DNA from: Anolis carolinensis
Taxonomy: Eukaryota
Direction of reading: 5' to 3'
Length of the DNA stretch: 64,000 nucleotides
NCBI RefSeq assembly: GCF_035594765.1
Contig: NC_085844.1
Location: 226,316,107 to 226,380,106, forward strand
Shown here: piece by piece, positions 24,081-37,800 of the stretch
Position numbering within the stretch: position 1 is the stretch's first letter
Layout: each line of letters starts with the position of its first letter
Position numbers and translations under genes: made by a program
Notes under the pieces: generated by a model
The model's database searches: none
What the model saw: the letters and a program-made list of their open reading frames with translations, nothing else
Told to the model about the DNA's origin: nothing

Positions 24081-24344
24081 AGGCAAACTAGCATTAGGGT
24101 GCACCCTATTGCACAGCTCTATTGAGCATCCCATTGCCAGTCTGCCTCTTTCCTGTGATTAAACTGTCTCCTGTGATTAGCAGGAAAATTCCCATAGCTG
24201 CTAATCTTGCAATGTTCACATCACCTTCCTTGTGTGATGAATTTGTTCTGCTTCGGTGTAGTCATTCTGGCACTGACTTAACACCCAAAGTGGAATTTCT
24301 CTCTCCAACTCTCCCCTGAATTCACTATTTCTGACCTGTTTGTT

Positions 24345-24612
24345 TGATCATTTGAAAAGATGTCTCATTGAGGACAGGGCAGGTTTGTTTTTTTGCTGCT
24401 CTGGAGACTAGGATGCAGAGCAATGGGTTCAAATTTCAGAAAAAGAGATTCAGTTTAAACATTATAAAGGACTTCCTGATAGTAAGAGCTGTTCGACAAT
24501 GGAGCCTCCTTCTCTGGAAGCAGGATGGCTATCTTCCAGGAGTGCTTTGTGTGTTCCTGCATAGTGAGGATTGGTCTGGATGGCCCTAGAGGTCCCTTCC
24601 ATCTAGGATTCT
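24345..24612 (+). mobile_element. CR1 LINE 3' fragment
   Basis: Encodes FFAALETRMQSNGFKFQKKRFSLNIIKDFLIVRAVRQW; CR1-type 3' end ggtcccttcc...gattct. Confidence 0.75.
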
Positions 24613-25123
24613 GTTATCAGCACTGTATTGGGCATCTGAAATTGTATTAGCTCTTGTATTGGTTCTTTGGCAGCTGGATTTGCCAGTCATGCTGTGATAT
24701 GGTAGTAAGTTTTACTGGAGAAGTTTTCTCCCAAACCCAAGTGCTGTGCCTGCTTCCGCATCAGTTATCATCCCCTTCTCCGCCTACCCTCTGGTTTGCT
24801 CTGAGGGTGGGCAAGCTTTGTGGCAAGCAGAGATAACCATTCAAGCAGCCAGGCCTGCTCTCCGTAAAACTGCCAAGACTAAAATGTCTGGCTCTGAAAA
24901 TCCTTTCTGAAAACCAGCACCTCTTCCAACACATCAGCGATGAAAACCAGCACACATGTAGAGCATGACCAGGCAACAAGAGGGCAAAAATTATTACTGG
25001 GAGAGACAGACTATGCAAAGCTACTATAGTAAACAAAGAAACTCTGGAATGAGGTTAGGAAAAGAACCTATTGGGAAATGGGAAAGCAAGACTGTCATCT
25101 CCTCTCCCTCCTGCTAAGTTCAT

Positions 25124-25749
25124 TGAATCATAGAATAGGAGAGTTGGAAGAGACCTCATGGGCCATCCAGTCCAACCCCCTGCCAAGAAGTAGGAAATCG
25201 CATTCAAAACACCCCCGACAAATGGCCATCCAGCCTTTGTTTAAAAGCCTCCAAAGAAGGAGCCTCCACACAGCCCGGGGGAGAGAGTTCTACTGTCTAA
25301 CAGCTCTCACAGTGAGGAAGTTCTTCCTGATGTTCAGGTGGAATCTCCTTTCCTCTAGTTTGAAGCCATTGTTCCGTGTCCTAGTCTGCAGGGCAGCAGA
25401 AAACAAGCTTGCTCCCTCCTCCCTATGACTTCCCTTCACGTATTTGTACATGGCTATCATGTCTCCTCTCAGCCTTCTCTTCTGCAGGCTAAACATGCCC
25501 AGCTCTTTAAGCCTCTCCTCATAGGGCTTGTTCTCCAGACCCTTAATCATTTTAGTCGCCCTCCTCTGGACGCTTTCCAGCTTGTCAACATCTCCCTTCA
25601 ACTGCGGTGCCCAAAATTGGACACAGTATTCCAGGTGTGGTCTGACCAAGGCAGAATAGAGGGGGAGCATAACTTCCCTGGATCTAGATGCTATTCCCCT
25701 ATTGATGCAGGCCAAAATCCCATTGGCTTTCTTAGCAGCCACATCACAT
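25124..25749 (-). mobile_element. Young 5'-truncated CR1 LINE
   Basis: ORF 25290-25742(-) contains [19 protein letters not shown]...KRRLRGDMI; attctatgattc tail. Confidence 0.92.
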
Positions 25750-25948
25750 TATCTGAGTGCAATCTCCCTTTGCACTTTGAACTCTGTTTCCTGCAAATGA
25801 AGACAGACAAAGGGGAGGGAGAAGTCAGGACTTTTTAAAAATAGGGAAGAAATTGAACAGCAGAGGAATTGCAAAATCGGATTCTATGATTCTGGCTGCC
25901 AATAAATGGCCCGTCCCAATTCAAGGTGCAGGTGATGACCTAAAAAGC

Positions 25949-26081
25949 TAGTGGTTCTCATCCTGGGATCCCGAGATGTTTTTGGCCTACAACTCCCAGA
26001 AATCCCAGCCAGTTTGTCAGTTGTTAGGATTTCTGGGAGTTGAAGGACATAAACATCTTGGGACTCCAGGATGAGAACCAT
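25949..26081. mobile_element. hAT MITE
   Basis: tagtggttctcatcctggg...ccaggatgagaacca; same family as 11998-12133. Confidence 0.75.
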
Positions 26082-26084
26082 TAT

Positions 26085-26652
26085 ATAAAGCCCTATATGG
26101 CTCGGGCCCTCCCTATCTTTGTGATTGCATCTCCTGTTATGAACAAGTGCGGGCTCTGAGATCACAAGTGCAGCTGATGGGGATGAGGGAGAGGGCCTTC
26201 TCGGTGGTGGCTCCCAACTCTGGAATGCCCTTCCCAGAGAGATCAGGCAAGCCCTTACACTATCCTCTTTCCACAAGTATCTGAAAAATTGGTGGTTCCT
26301 GCAGATTTTTGAGCAGCATTAGTCCTAGCCCCTTCCCCCAGTTGTTAACTAGGACCCCGCTCAGCACTTTACCAATTTCCCAGTCCTTCGATGTTCTGTT
26401 GCACTTCTCTTGCCTAATACTTTATAGTTGGCCTTGCTCACTTTGAAGCCCTGGTCATCATATCTGGCCTCGCTGATGGAGCATTTTGTAACTTTAAAAA
26501 AAAATTGTGGTTGTTTTGAATTGCATGTTCTTATTTCATGTTTATTCTTTATTATGTTTAATTTGTTGTATGGTTTCTTTGCTATGTTGGAAACTGCCCT
26601 GAGTCCTCTCGAGGAGAGAGGGCGGTATATAAATACATTATTATTATTATTA
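26085..26652 (+). mobile_element. L2-like LINE 3' end
   Basis: agggccttctcggtggtggctcccaactctggaatgcccttccc encodes RAFSVVAP-LWNALP; terminal gccctgagtcc...gggcggtatataaat followed by (tta)n. Confidence 0.75.
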
Positions 26653-27163
26653 TTTTATTATGACACAGCAAACAAGATATGCTGGATTTCGTATCACAAA
26701 ATCACAAGTCGAACACTTCCCAAGTGTCTAGGACTGTGTGATGTATTTTCGGATGATGCGTGCAGATCCCAGTAGGGTGGCCTTTTGCAGTTGGCAGATT
26801 GTGATTTTGTCAATGTCTATTGTTTCCAAATGCCGGCTAAGATCTTTTGGCACGGCACCCAATGTGCCGATCACCACCAGGACCACCTGCACTGGTTTCT
26901 GCCAGAGTCTTTGAAGTTCAATCTTGAGGTCCTGATAGCGGCTGAGTTTTTCCTGTTGTTTTTCGTCAATGTGACTGTCATCTGGGATGGCGACATCAAT
27001 GATCCAAACCTTTTTCCTTTCCACAACTGTGATGTCTGGTGTGTTGTGTTCCAGAACTTTGTCAGTCTGGATTTGGAAGTCCCACAGTATCTTTACGTGC
27101 TCATTTTCCAATACTTTTGCAGGTTTGTGATCCCACCAGTTCTTTGCTGCTGGCAGGTGGTAC
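26636..27163 (-). mobile_element. R4/Dong-clade non-LTR retrotransposon 3' end (RLE endonuclease)
   Basis: ORF 26728-27111(-) contains KILWDFQIQTD...HNTPDITVV...IIDVAIP...EKLSRYQDL (PD..D restriction-like endonuclease); ends in (taa)n. Confidence 0.85.
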
Positions 27164-27274
27164 CATGAGGCTTAAGCTGTGGAGGGGGAAAAGGAAGGGG
27201 CTTGAGGCTGTTAGGAATGATGGGACTTGGAGTCCAAAACACATGGAGGGAAGGCCCGAGTTTGCCCATGCCTG
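27164..27274. mobile_element. hAT MITE fragment
   Basis: Ends gagtttgcccatgcctg, like 11014-11137. Confidence 0.6.
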
Positions 27275-27599
27275 CTTTAGAAAGAAGAAGATCCGCCCTA
27301 TATACACCTGGCTTGTAACAGTGGGAACATTCCCAGCAACCATACTTTCTGGAACTCCAGATTGCAAATGTTGGGATCTGTAGTCCAAAAGTAACCTCCA
27401 CACACACCCTGCATACATTGGGCATTCAACCAGGGACACCACACCTCCTGAAAAGCCTGGACCTGCTTTGTGCCTGCCTCTTACATGCCCTGCTTCTGAG
27501 CACCTTCCTATTTTCTCCAACCTCCCATTCATTCTCTCTCTCCCTTTCTCCCTGCCTGCTTGCCCCTTTCTCCGCTTGCGTGCTCCATGCCAACGCCTT

Positions 27600-27810
27600 G
27601 GCAGAAAACTCTCGCCCTCCTACCCCCACCCCTTCCCCTTGCTTTCCAGAGCGTCTCAAGGTGCTATTTTTACCCCAGACTCTTTTCTTTCTCCGTCCTC
27701 CTCCTCCTCCTCGTCGGCCCGAAGGCGCGTTGGGGTGGGCGCCTCTCCGCCCGTCCATAAAAGGGTTTTGGAAAGGGGCCGGCCTTTGGGGGTTTATTTT
27801 AGGAGCAGCA
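27600..27810 (+). promoter_or_regulatory. JPH2 muscle-type promoter
   Basis: MEF2-like ctatttttac (27664-27673); perfect CArG ccataaaagg (27755-27764); GC/CACC boxes; AT-rich tttattttag (27793-27802); CpG-rich, about 0.85 kb upstream of the ATG. Confidence 0.6.
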
Positions 27811-28577
27811 GTAGGAGCAGCAGCTCCAGGGATCGGATGGCCTTGTTAGGGCAGCGCTGACCTTTTTCTTGCTGCCGGAGTTGAAGGAGGAGGGAAGAAG
27901 CAGAGAGTGGCCAGGGCTGCCCAGAGCCCCCGCGACCCTGGAAGGGGAGGCTGCTGGTCTCGTCCGCACCACGAAGCCTGTCCCGCTGGAGGCCGGGGCG
28001 CATCTGTAGCAAGAGAAGGCAGGGCCAGAGCCAGGGGAGGAAGCGTGGGCTGGGTGCGAAGGGGCGGGTGGGAAGCAGAGAGAAAAAGCAAGAGATCAAG
28101 GGGTCCTTTCTTGGGCTAGTTTTGCCCAGGAGGCGTCTGAGACAGGCAAGGATGGAGAGAGGGCCATGGAGGCTGCCTGAGGTCTCTGTCTTCTTGCCCT
28201 GAAGAACAAACTCCAGCTCTGCTTCTGACCAAACGCCTGTCCAAGGGCACTTGCAGGGAAGGGCAGGAGAGCACCTTGCAACTGAGAGAAGAACATGCCC
28301 TTGCAGTCCCATCTCACTCTCCCTGGCCAACTTTAAAAGTTTTCCTTTCTTGTTTGCTAAGCTGAGAGATTCATTGGTAGCGCCAGACAAGGCTGCATGG
28401 AAGTGTGGAATATCTAGTTCCTCAGAGTCCTTGGGGTCAGTGTTCCCTCCTCACTGCAGCCTCTTTGCTTCCACCAGAGAAGACCCAAAGGGTGGCAAAG
28501 CCATGCAACCGGGCATTCTACATGCCATCCTTCCACTCATGGAGAACCAGTCTGGCTAACTAGGACAGAAGGGGTGA

Positions 28578-29126
<549 letters not shown>

Positions 29127-30242
29127 TGAAGGATGCAGAAAGATTAATCATATGGGAAAGAATTCAGCTGTAATCTCAGGGCAGTTGATGCTGAGCAGGT
29201 AAAATAAAGGCCTTGGAGAGAAATGTTGTACATCAGTAGTACTCAAAGTAGTGGTCCACAGAAGGAAAACATTGTAACAATGGGCACAAAAATAGTACCA
29301 CTATAGTCTGCACATTGGGAAAGGAAATTTCAGATCTGCCCCATCAGAAAATGTAAGTAGTAAATCTGCTGTGTACATACACCATGGAAATAAGTGAATG
29401 CCGGTTTCACAGGATCAAAACACTATGACATTTTGATTAGCAGGGACAATGACTTTATTGGTCACCCACCTCAGATTTCCCTGCTCCTTCAGGGCTGACT
29501 TGCAACTCTCACAGTAGCTTGGGACACAAAGGGATTTTCTCATCTACATTATATTGTGAGCTCTACTGCAAAATGTTTTGGAGTGACTTGATCTTGAAAA
29601 GTCTATTGATTTCCATAAGCTTTACAAAAGACCTGCTTCTCATGGGGATGAAAATTATTTGTCAGAACAAATGTGTTGAATCAATACAGTTACCTTCATA
29701 GTTGGACTCTCCTGGGGTATTTGGTTATGGAAATGACTAGATGAGTGTTTACACTTTAGAATTTATTGCTACCTCCCAACGTGTAGGTGTGTGCATATCT
29801 AGATGCTTAAAGTTTGCTCTCATTTGACATTATATAGATAATATAGATGCCAAAAGGACTATTTTAAGTTCTCATTTTGAAATGGTGTTTGTCAGATTAC
29901 TCAGGACCATTCCAGTCCTGATAAAGTTCAGATGCTGATGTCATAATGACATCAATGTTGCATTCTTCTGCAGTGGAGCATGATTGGTCTCATACTTATC
30001 AGATGTGTAATCATTCTATAGCATGCATCAGGTGTTTGCTGATCATGATGGTTATATGTTACCACCAGTATAAATGGCTGTATCTTTCTCAATACTTGTT
30101 GTTGAGGAATATTTGGAGGAACGGGGTTGTTGTGGTCATGCCCTGTTTGTGTGTTTTCTATGCAAGCGTGCATTTATGTGAAATGAAGGGAGAATTATAG
30201 GCTGCAAGGAACTTACTCTGGATTCTTCAGAGATATGTTGTA

Positions 30243-30584
30243 CAGGTTGTGTATCCTTTATCCAAAACGTTAGGGATCAGAAAGATTTTTGATTTTTTTT
30301 AAAAAATCTTGTAATATGTGTATTTGCATATACATATATAACATACTGAGATATCTTGGAAATGGAAACCAAGTCTAAATGCAAAATTTATGTGTATTTC
30401 ATATACACCTTATATACAGAGTCTAACAGTCATTTTGTACAAAAATTTAAATAATTTTGTGCATGAAGCCCAGTTTATGGACACCGAATCACTAGAAAGC
30501 AAAGGTGTCTATTTCTCAGCCACTCATATGGATAATTTTGGAGTTTTCAGGTTTCAGAATTTTGGATAATCTATGTTCAACCTG
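30243..30584 (+). mobile_element. Non-autonomous Tigger4/MER46-like element
   Basis: ta-caggttg...caacctg-ta; homologous to 1028-1333. Confidence 0.8.
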
Positions 30585-33500
30585 TACTTCCTACAAGATT
30601 TCTGCCAAAATAGGTTCCATAACAGTAACCACGAAGAAACGATTCAGGCACATTTTCAGATCATGTGTATGAGATATTATTTCTCTGTCTTCATATGGAG
30701 CACCTGAATTTTGCAAGATTTCCTAGAACTGTCAGAAGGAATGGTAGAGCAGAACAAGTAACTTTCAGAGCAATGAGCTTCCAGCTCTGGAGAGAGGCAG
30801 TATGTGCTTATACAGGAAATTTTAGAACTTGCTGTTTGGATATGCCACTCTATGTGACCTGATCCTTCAAGAACAGCAAGTTCCAGAGTCCCTTTCCTTC
30901 TGTCGTATCCTCTGCAAAGCCAAGAAGAGCGATCAGGGTATGGAAGGGGAGACAAGCGCCCTCGAAGTAGCCCTCCTCTGAAATACCAGGAGGAGTGGAC
31001 CCTGGGATTTCAAGGAGACTTGGCACCAGCTAACATGCTTCTAAATTCTCCCAGGTCTCCTAGCCAAAAGACATCATGCGACTATTCTTATTTGTCATCC
31101 TTAATTGAATTTTGACTGAAAGGGGGGGGGGGGGAGAGAAGTGAGAAAACATGGGAGCAAGGGGTACTGGGAGCAGTCTAGTAGAAGATGACATTGTGAA
31201 CTATCACAAGTCAGATTGGGTGATTCCACTATAGAACCCTCTTTTGGAAGTATCTGTAGGGCAGTAGGTATGACTGACATGCTCCAGAGTATACTGTACG
31301 TCAGTGAGTAAATGAATTAAGCTGGACTCTAGTTTTCATAGAACGATGCACTAGATACTCCAAAAACTGGCACACAGCTGGATATCAGGAACTTTTGAAA
31401 CTGCCTCAAAAGCAGTCATAGGACATCAATCATCACTGAAAGGTGTAAGGCTTTTTGTGACATTGGGGAAAGAACAAAACTCAGAAGAAGGTTCTTTAGG
31501 CACCAAATTCTGCTGATATGAACTGCTCTGATAGGTATTCTTTACATCAATGGACACTGTATTTCCATAACATTTTTTCAAAGTCCAAATGCAGACTGAA
31601 GCTACTTTAATAGGGAGCAGAGGTGGGGATTATGTGGCCTTTCAGATGATGTTGGAGTACAACTTCCAGCATACATTACCATTGGCTATGTTGAGACTGC
31701 TGAGAGTTGTGTGACCAGCAATATTTGTAGGACTGCACAGTTGCTGCCTGTGGTTTCAAGTGAGGCCACCGGAACTGCAATAGAAGATAACTGCACTAAC
31801 CCAATTCAAATGAGGGAAATAGTAATGAATCCAAGTTTTGATGAGAGATTCACTTTTAGGCCTGTAATACCTGTTTTTCGCTATGTGTAGTAGTAATTGT
31901 GTTCCTTCAAGTCATTACTGATTTATGGAAACCCTGGGTTTTCTTGGCAGGATTTGTTCAGATTGAGTTTGTCGTGGCCTTCCTCAGAGCTTGAGATTGT
32001 GTCCAGTGTCACCTAATGGGCTTCCATGGCTATGTAGGGACTTGAACCATGTTATCCAGAGTCATAGTCCAATACAAATCATTGCACTATGTTGACTCAA
32101 GATACGTGATGTTGTGAGGGTGATGTACAGACTTAAATATATTTTAAACATGCTCAGGAACACTCTTACTCTAATGCAGATATTGTTGGAATTCAGAGCT
32201 AGTTTTGGAGTTGAGTGCAGCAAGACTTTCTGACTCATGATGAACACCTTCAAGACATGGTTGCATGCGTATTACCGGAATTGTACTACTAATGTATGTC
32301 TATAGTGCAAACGAGATATTTGAAAGTGCATCCACCTGCAAAAGTCATTGCAATCTGTGCAACACCTTTGGCAGTTACTGAAACGACAGCAGCTTCTGCT
32401 GATGTTTTCCTGAAGCCAGTTATGAAGCTGCTTGGTGTTTCTAATAGTATTACTATTTCACTCACATATTGGATTGTGTAAGTATTTTCTAAAGTACTAT
32501 CGCTGCCCTTTTCTGCTCTTGACCAGTGAGTTAGAGGAGAAATGTCTTCTTCCTAATTACATGGCTTGCAGTGCATAAAATAATCAATTAAATTGACTTT
32601 TCAAGAAAGCTGGGAATGAACATTTGTTGCTTAAGTGTCTGCCATCTGGACACACTTACAATTTTGCTTCCACAAGTACCTTTCTGATTCCATATGAGAC
32701 TGTTGATTCTAAAGGCCCTTGAATTTCCTCCTACACTTCTACAGTGATTAGTGGTTTCAGTGAGTGTTAAAACCAGTGCTGGGTAGATGGAGTAATGAGG
32801 TTTTGCAGGTGTTTATAGCTCATACCAGGTCCTTCAATATGAAACCAGGAAATATGCAGCGGAGTGTATGGTACCGTATCCTTGAGTGGGATATGGTTCC
32901 CTTGGACACCAAAATCAAGAGTTGTTCAAGTCCCATTATTTAAAGAGGTTGATAAATGTTTTCCCTTTTATAAAATGGCAAAAATTAAGGGATTTATGCA
33001 AGGAGGGGGGATATTTTCAAACCATGGATGGTAGAAAGGAGTTGGGTAAGTACCACCCTAAGCATGTTCACTTAATGCCGTAATAACTAAAACTTTTCCA
33101 GCCTGCTCTGTGGCAAAGGTAGCTTTTTCATTAGGCAGAATAGGATGACTTCTTCAGGCAGCAAATGCTGGGAGGAAGGCAGTAGCAACTACTGAGCTCT
33201 TCTTCTGGAACCTTCCATCATTTACTTACTGTTGAATGACAGACCTCTGTACATATCCCATGTCAGGCTCCCTAAACTAATCTGATACCTTCAGTGTGGA
33301 GAGGATTGCTATCCTATGATCATAGCAAAAGTAAGAGCCAGTTGCTGGCCTACGCAGCTCTCTTATGTGAACTGTGTAGAGAGGCATCGTGTTATCACTG
33401 ACAGCAAAAAGCAAAATGTCTGTACTGGCTATTGCTTTTCAATTCAGTATGAAATTCTGAGCAAGGCTTATATATCCTTGTATATCAAGATTCCTTTATG

Positions 33501-34481
33501 AAAACTGTAATTTCTTTCAAAGTTTATCTGAGCTGCATCCTGTGGATACCTAGGATTTGTAATCTGCTGAGCAACTAAGTCCTTTTTGGCAGATTCAACA
33601 AAAGGTAAAGCCTAATAGAATTCCATAGGATGCAGCAATCATAGTTAAAGTGGTATAAAAGTGCTATAATTGTGCAGTGTGAAAGAGATCTGTGTTTAAG
33701 TTGTGTTTCAGTTTCTAGAAATGCAGTGCTTTGTTCTGTAAAATAAAGGCTGAAATACCTACTTCTCAGGACAACAATTTTCAGATTATAGATTAGACAT
33801 AAAAAATCTATGACACACCAGAATTTGTTGAACTACAGAACTGCTCAGATAGCATGGCTTGTGCTCAGAGATTATGGGAGTGGTAAAGCAACAACCTCTA
33901 GAGGGGCAGTGTCCCCTTCCACCTGTAAATAATGGGTTGTTTCTAAACTGAATAAGAAAGGTTCTCAGTTCAATTTACACCATTTCCAGTAGAGCTATGA
34001 AAATTCGAAACATGCCTCATACCCTGAAGGTACTAAACTGGTTTGACTCAGTAGAGGAAGTGTGGCTTCTTTCCTGTTCCCTAATTAAATCATCTTCCTC
34101 TCTGTGGATGTTTCCTGACATCAAGAGCCCTTGGGATTACGCATTTGCCATCCCTTCTGTTGTTTCTTTCTGTGTTTCACCTTTCACTCCCATTGCCCCC
34201 TCTCTTGCCTCCCTCCCACATTCTGGGTTGCGTCTCTAAGATAATTGATCCACTTGGGAATTTCCTAATGACAAAATGATTCATTAAGTTGATAGTTAAA
34301 TATTTCACTTCTGGGGATCTCTGCTTCTATTCTGACTCAGTTCTCATGGGAATGACATTTTGTTTCAGATGAAAATGTTGTAGTTCATCTAATGGAGAGC
34401 TTTCACTCTTGCTAAAGACACTTGCAGTTGGGAATCATTTCATGTCTTTGGATGGAAGAGAATTTTACAGTGATGGATTAA

Positions 34482-34784
34482 TGTCAGAACCCTGCTACTA
34501 GAGCCTGGATGTGGCTCTGAGTTTCAGGGTCACTGACATTGATAAGACACCTGCGGCTCAGGACTCGGAGAAGAAACGGCTGCTGGACTTGGCGGGGAAT
34601 TTGCGCGGGGTTTTACTGAGCGGGAAGAGACTTTTCAAATGAGGGGGAGGGTATATAAAGGATGGTTGGCCGGAGCCTCCCATTCTTGGCTTTTTTGATG
34701 TTCATGTTTCCTACAGTAAAAGTTTCTGGTGATATCACAGAGAGTCTCGTGTGTTCATTCAGGAGCGGCTGTGGTGAGCTGACA
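34482..34784 (+). repeat. 5' LTR
   Basis: TATA tatataaa (34652-34659), Inr-like ccAttc at 34682, AGTAAA (34715-34720); no differences from the 3' LTR found by eye. Confidence 0.97.
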
Positions 34785-34786
34785 CT

Positions 34787-34797
34787 AAGCCAAGAAT
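34787..34797 (+). promoter_or_regulatory. Self-priming primer binding site
   Basis: aagccaagaat is the exact reverse complement of attcttggctt (34682-34692), the predicted first 11 nt of the transcript; no TGG tRNA-type PBS is present. Confidence 0.85.
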
Positions 34798-34832
34798 ACG
34801 GACACCATCCCGCTGTAGCGGTGAGGTGTAAC

Positions 34833-37800
34833 ATGCAAGTGGAGGATGAAGAGCTCTTGGGCGCAGGAGGAGGAAGGTCAGAAAGGGCCACTCCCGAGCC
34901 GGACGCTGAGTTCCACCAGCTGGCGGCCCTGGCGTCATCCACCGCTTATGCCCAGCCAAATGGGGTAACCCAGAGGCGTGGAGTGGTGCGGGGAGACAGC
35001 ACCGGAGGAGAGGAAGGTTCACCTTCCCCAGGCCCACAGAGGATGGTGTTTCTGGAGGAGAGGATGTCGGCGATGGAGACCACCCTGGCAGTGATGTCGA
35101 GGGCGATGGAGCGCCTGGCGTTTTTGGCGGAGCCAGAGAGAGGAAGGGAACTTCGGGCTGGCTCAATGTGGGACGTGAGCGTGGGAAGCAGCCAGGGCTT
35201 TGCAGACCTCCCAGCACCGAAGGGAAGGGAAATGCGAAAGGAGCCCGGCGCCCGGCCCAAGACCCAAACAAGCCTGACGCGGGTGGAGGAGAGTGACGAC
35301 GAAGGGGAAAAACCTCCGAGAATCCCAGCTACGCTCCCAGCTGAGACCCTGGTGCCCCTGGCGAATGCCGGGCGTGGCACAGGGCCAAGAGAAGCAGCAG
35401 CGGGGCCCACTGGTCCGCAAGGGGGCTTGCGACGGGCGGAGAATTGGGGATTGCCACCACAGGGACCCCTACCAAGACGAGAGGAACTAAGGATCGAGTT
35501 TGGGGGAGAGTCCTCTGAACTGGATTTTTTCCTGACCACGGTGAGGGGCTATATGGAGGACAATGCTCATACTTTTAGAACGGAATCCAGCCGGATACGG
35601 GCCATTGGTGCAGTGTTGAAGAGGGGAGCGGCCAGCTGGTACGTTCAGCTGCACGCGCGGCGCGACCCATGTCTGGGGTCACTCCGACGCTTTATGGGGG
35701 CCCTGGAGACCCGTTTCCGAGATCCACTGGAGCAGATCCGGGCGAGGGAGAAGTTGAAGACCGTCTCCCAGGGGCAGAGGTCGGTATCTGAGTATGCGGA
35801 GGAGTTCCAATGCCTCGCCGAAAAGGTGCCGGAATGGTCTGCAGTAACAAAGATAGAACTCTTCAAAGAGGGTCTCAGGCGGGAGATCCTCTCCTGGGCG
35901 GTGCATCGTGATGAGCCTGACACACTGCGCGGATGGATTCAGCTGGCGGGGCGCGTCGAGACATCGCTGGCCCAGGCGAGGAGGCACCGAGGAGGGCTAC
36001 AGCAGCGGCCGCAGATGAAAGAGGGGAGCCGGAAGGAGGGATCAACCCCAGCCGGGAGGAGAACGGAGCCGACAGGGAACGTGAGCGCCAGCAGGAGTGG
36101 CTGCTTTGTGTGCGGCCGGTTGGGCCACAGGGCTGCCGAGTGCTGGCAGAGAAAAGGGGAAGGCGGAGGCCCGCCCAAACCAAGAGCCGTGGCAGGGAAA
36201 CGCGCCGAGGAAGAACCACCGATGAGGCACCACTCGGGGGGGTTGGTAAGTCAGGACAAAGCTATGATAGTGGTCCCCATTCAGCTTGAAAATGGCAGCA
36301 AACAAGCAACCTGCAAAGCATTTGTGGATTGTGGATGTTCCAGGAACATCATCTCCCCTGAATTAGCCGAGGGATTGGGATGCGAAAGAACGAACCTAGA
36401 ATCCCCAATAGCTTTTTCGCAGTTGGACGGATCCACAGCATCGGGATCGTTAGCTAAGTACAGTGCCGAAGATGTAAAGTGTAAGATAGGGAGTTGGGAA
36501 GGAAAGGTGTCATTTGTGATATCACAAATAGCCAGCTATAATGTTATACTAGGCATGCCGTGGCTGGGGCAGGCCAACCCGCAAATCAACTGGGAGGATA
36601 AGAGCATGATCTTCAGGATGAATTTGGAGGAAGGGGAGAGGGAGCCAGGGAAAAGGGGGGAGGAAGACTCTATCAGAATAGCAGAACTGGCAGATAAATT
36701 ACCCCCAGAGTATCGGGATTTTGTGGACGTGTTTGATGAGAAGGAAGCAGACAATTTCCCACCGAAGCGGAGAGTTGAAGTGAAAATAGAGCTAGTCCCA
36801 GGAGCAGAGCTTCCCAAGGCAAAAATATACCCGATGTCAGCTAGGGAAAAGGAGGAACTGAGAAAATACATTGATAAAAACCTAGCGAGGGGTTTCCTAG
36901 AGCCTTCAAATTCCCCTTTAGGGGCGCCTGTGTTGTTCAGGCGGAAAAAGGACCAAACGCTGAGGCTCTGCATTGACTACAGGGGCCTAAATGCAATCAG
37001 TACTGTAAATAAATACCCCCTACCCTTAGTGAAGGACTTGATCGCCCAGTTATCGGAAGGACAGATATTCACTAAATTGGACTTAATTGAGGCCTACCAT
37101 AAATTGCAGATCAAACCAGAGGACAGGTGGAAGACGGCCTTCTCCTGCGCATTCGGATTATTCAATTATCGTGTGCTCCCCTTCGGTTTGTGCGGGGGAG
37201 GGGCCGCGTTCATGCAATTAATCAACGAAGTATTGCATCCATTGTTGTACAAGGGAGTCTTTATTTTTTTAGATGACATATTGATAATGTCTCGGACTAA
37301 GGAGCAACATGTAGAACTAGTCAGGGAAGTCCTACAAAAGTTGAGGGAAGCGAAACTGTATGCGAAGCTTGCCAAGTGCGAGTTCAATAAAGACCAGATA
37401 GACTTTCTGGGGTATAGGATTTCCTCCCAGGGAGTGGCGATGGACCCTGCGAAGGTGGAAGACGTGAGGGGGTGGGAAGCCCCCAAAACACGGAAGCAGC
37501 TGCAATCCTTCCTAGGGTTCGCAAACTTCTATAGAACATTTATCAAGGACTTTGCGCGCCTCACTTTGCCATTAACGGATTTGTTAAAAACTAAAGGCAG
37601 GGGAGAAACAGCCAAAGTGAAGGCCCCAGGGGCCAAACTGACATGGACAATAGAATGCCAGGAAGCTTTCGAAGCCCTTAAAAAGCGTTTTACTGAGGAA
37701 CCTGTCCTACAGCACCCTGATATGTCTAAGGCCTTTGTATTACATTGCGATGCGTCAGACCGGGCATATGGGGCAGTTCTGCTGCAGAAAGACGAGGGGG

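Noticed and set aside
27418-28560. Many ORFs up to 198 aa on both strands
   Set aside because: GC-rich JPH2 promoter and 5' leader; low complexity and no homology recognised.
34662-34832. 57-aa N-terminal extension of Gag-Pol in the ORF track
   Set aside because: The ATG at 34662 lies upstream of the predicted TSS (34682); 34833 is the first in-frame ATG in the transcript.
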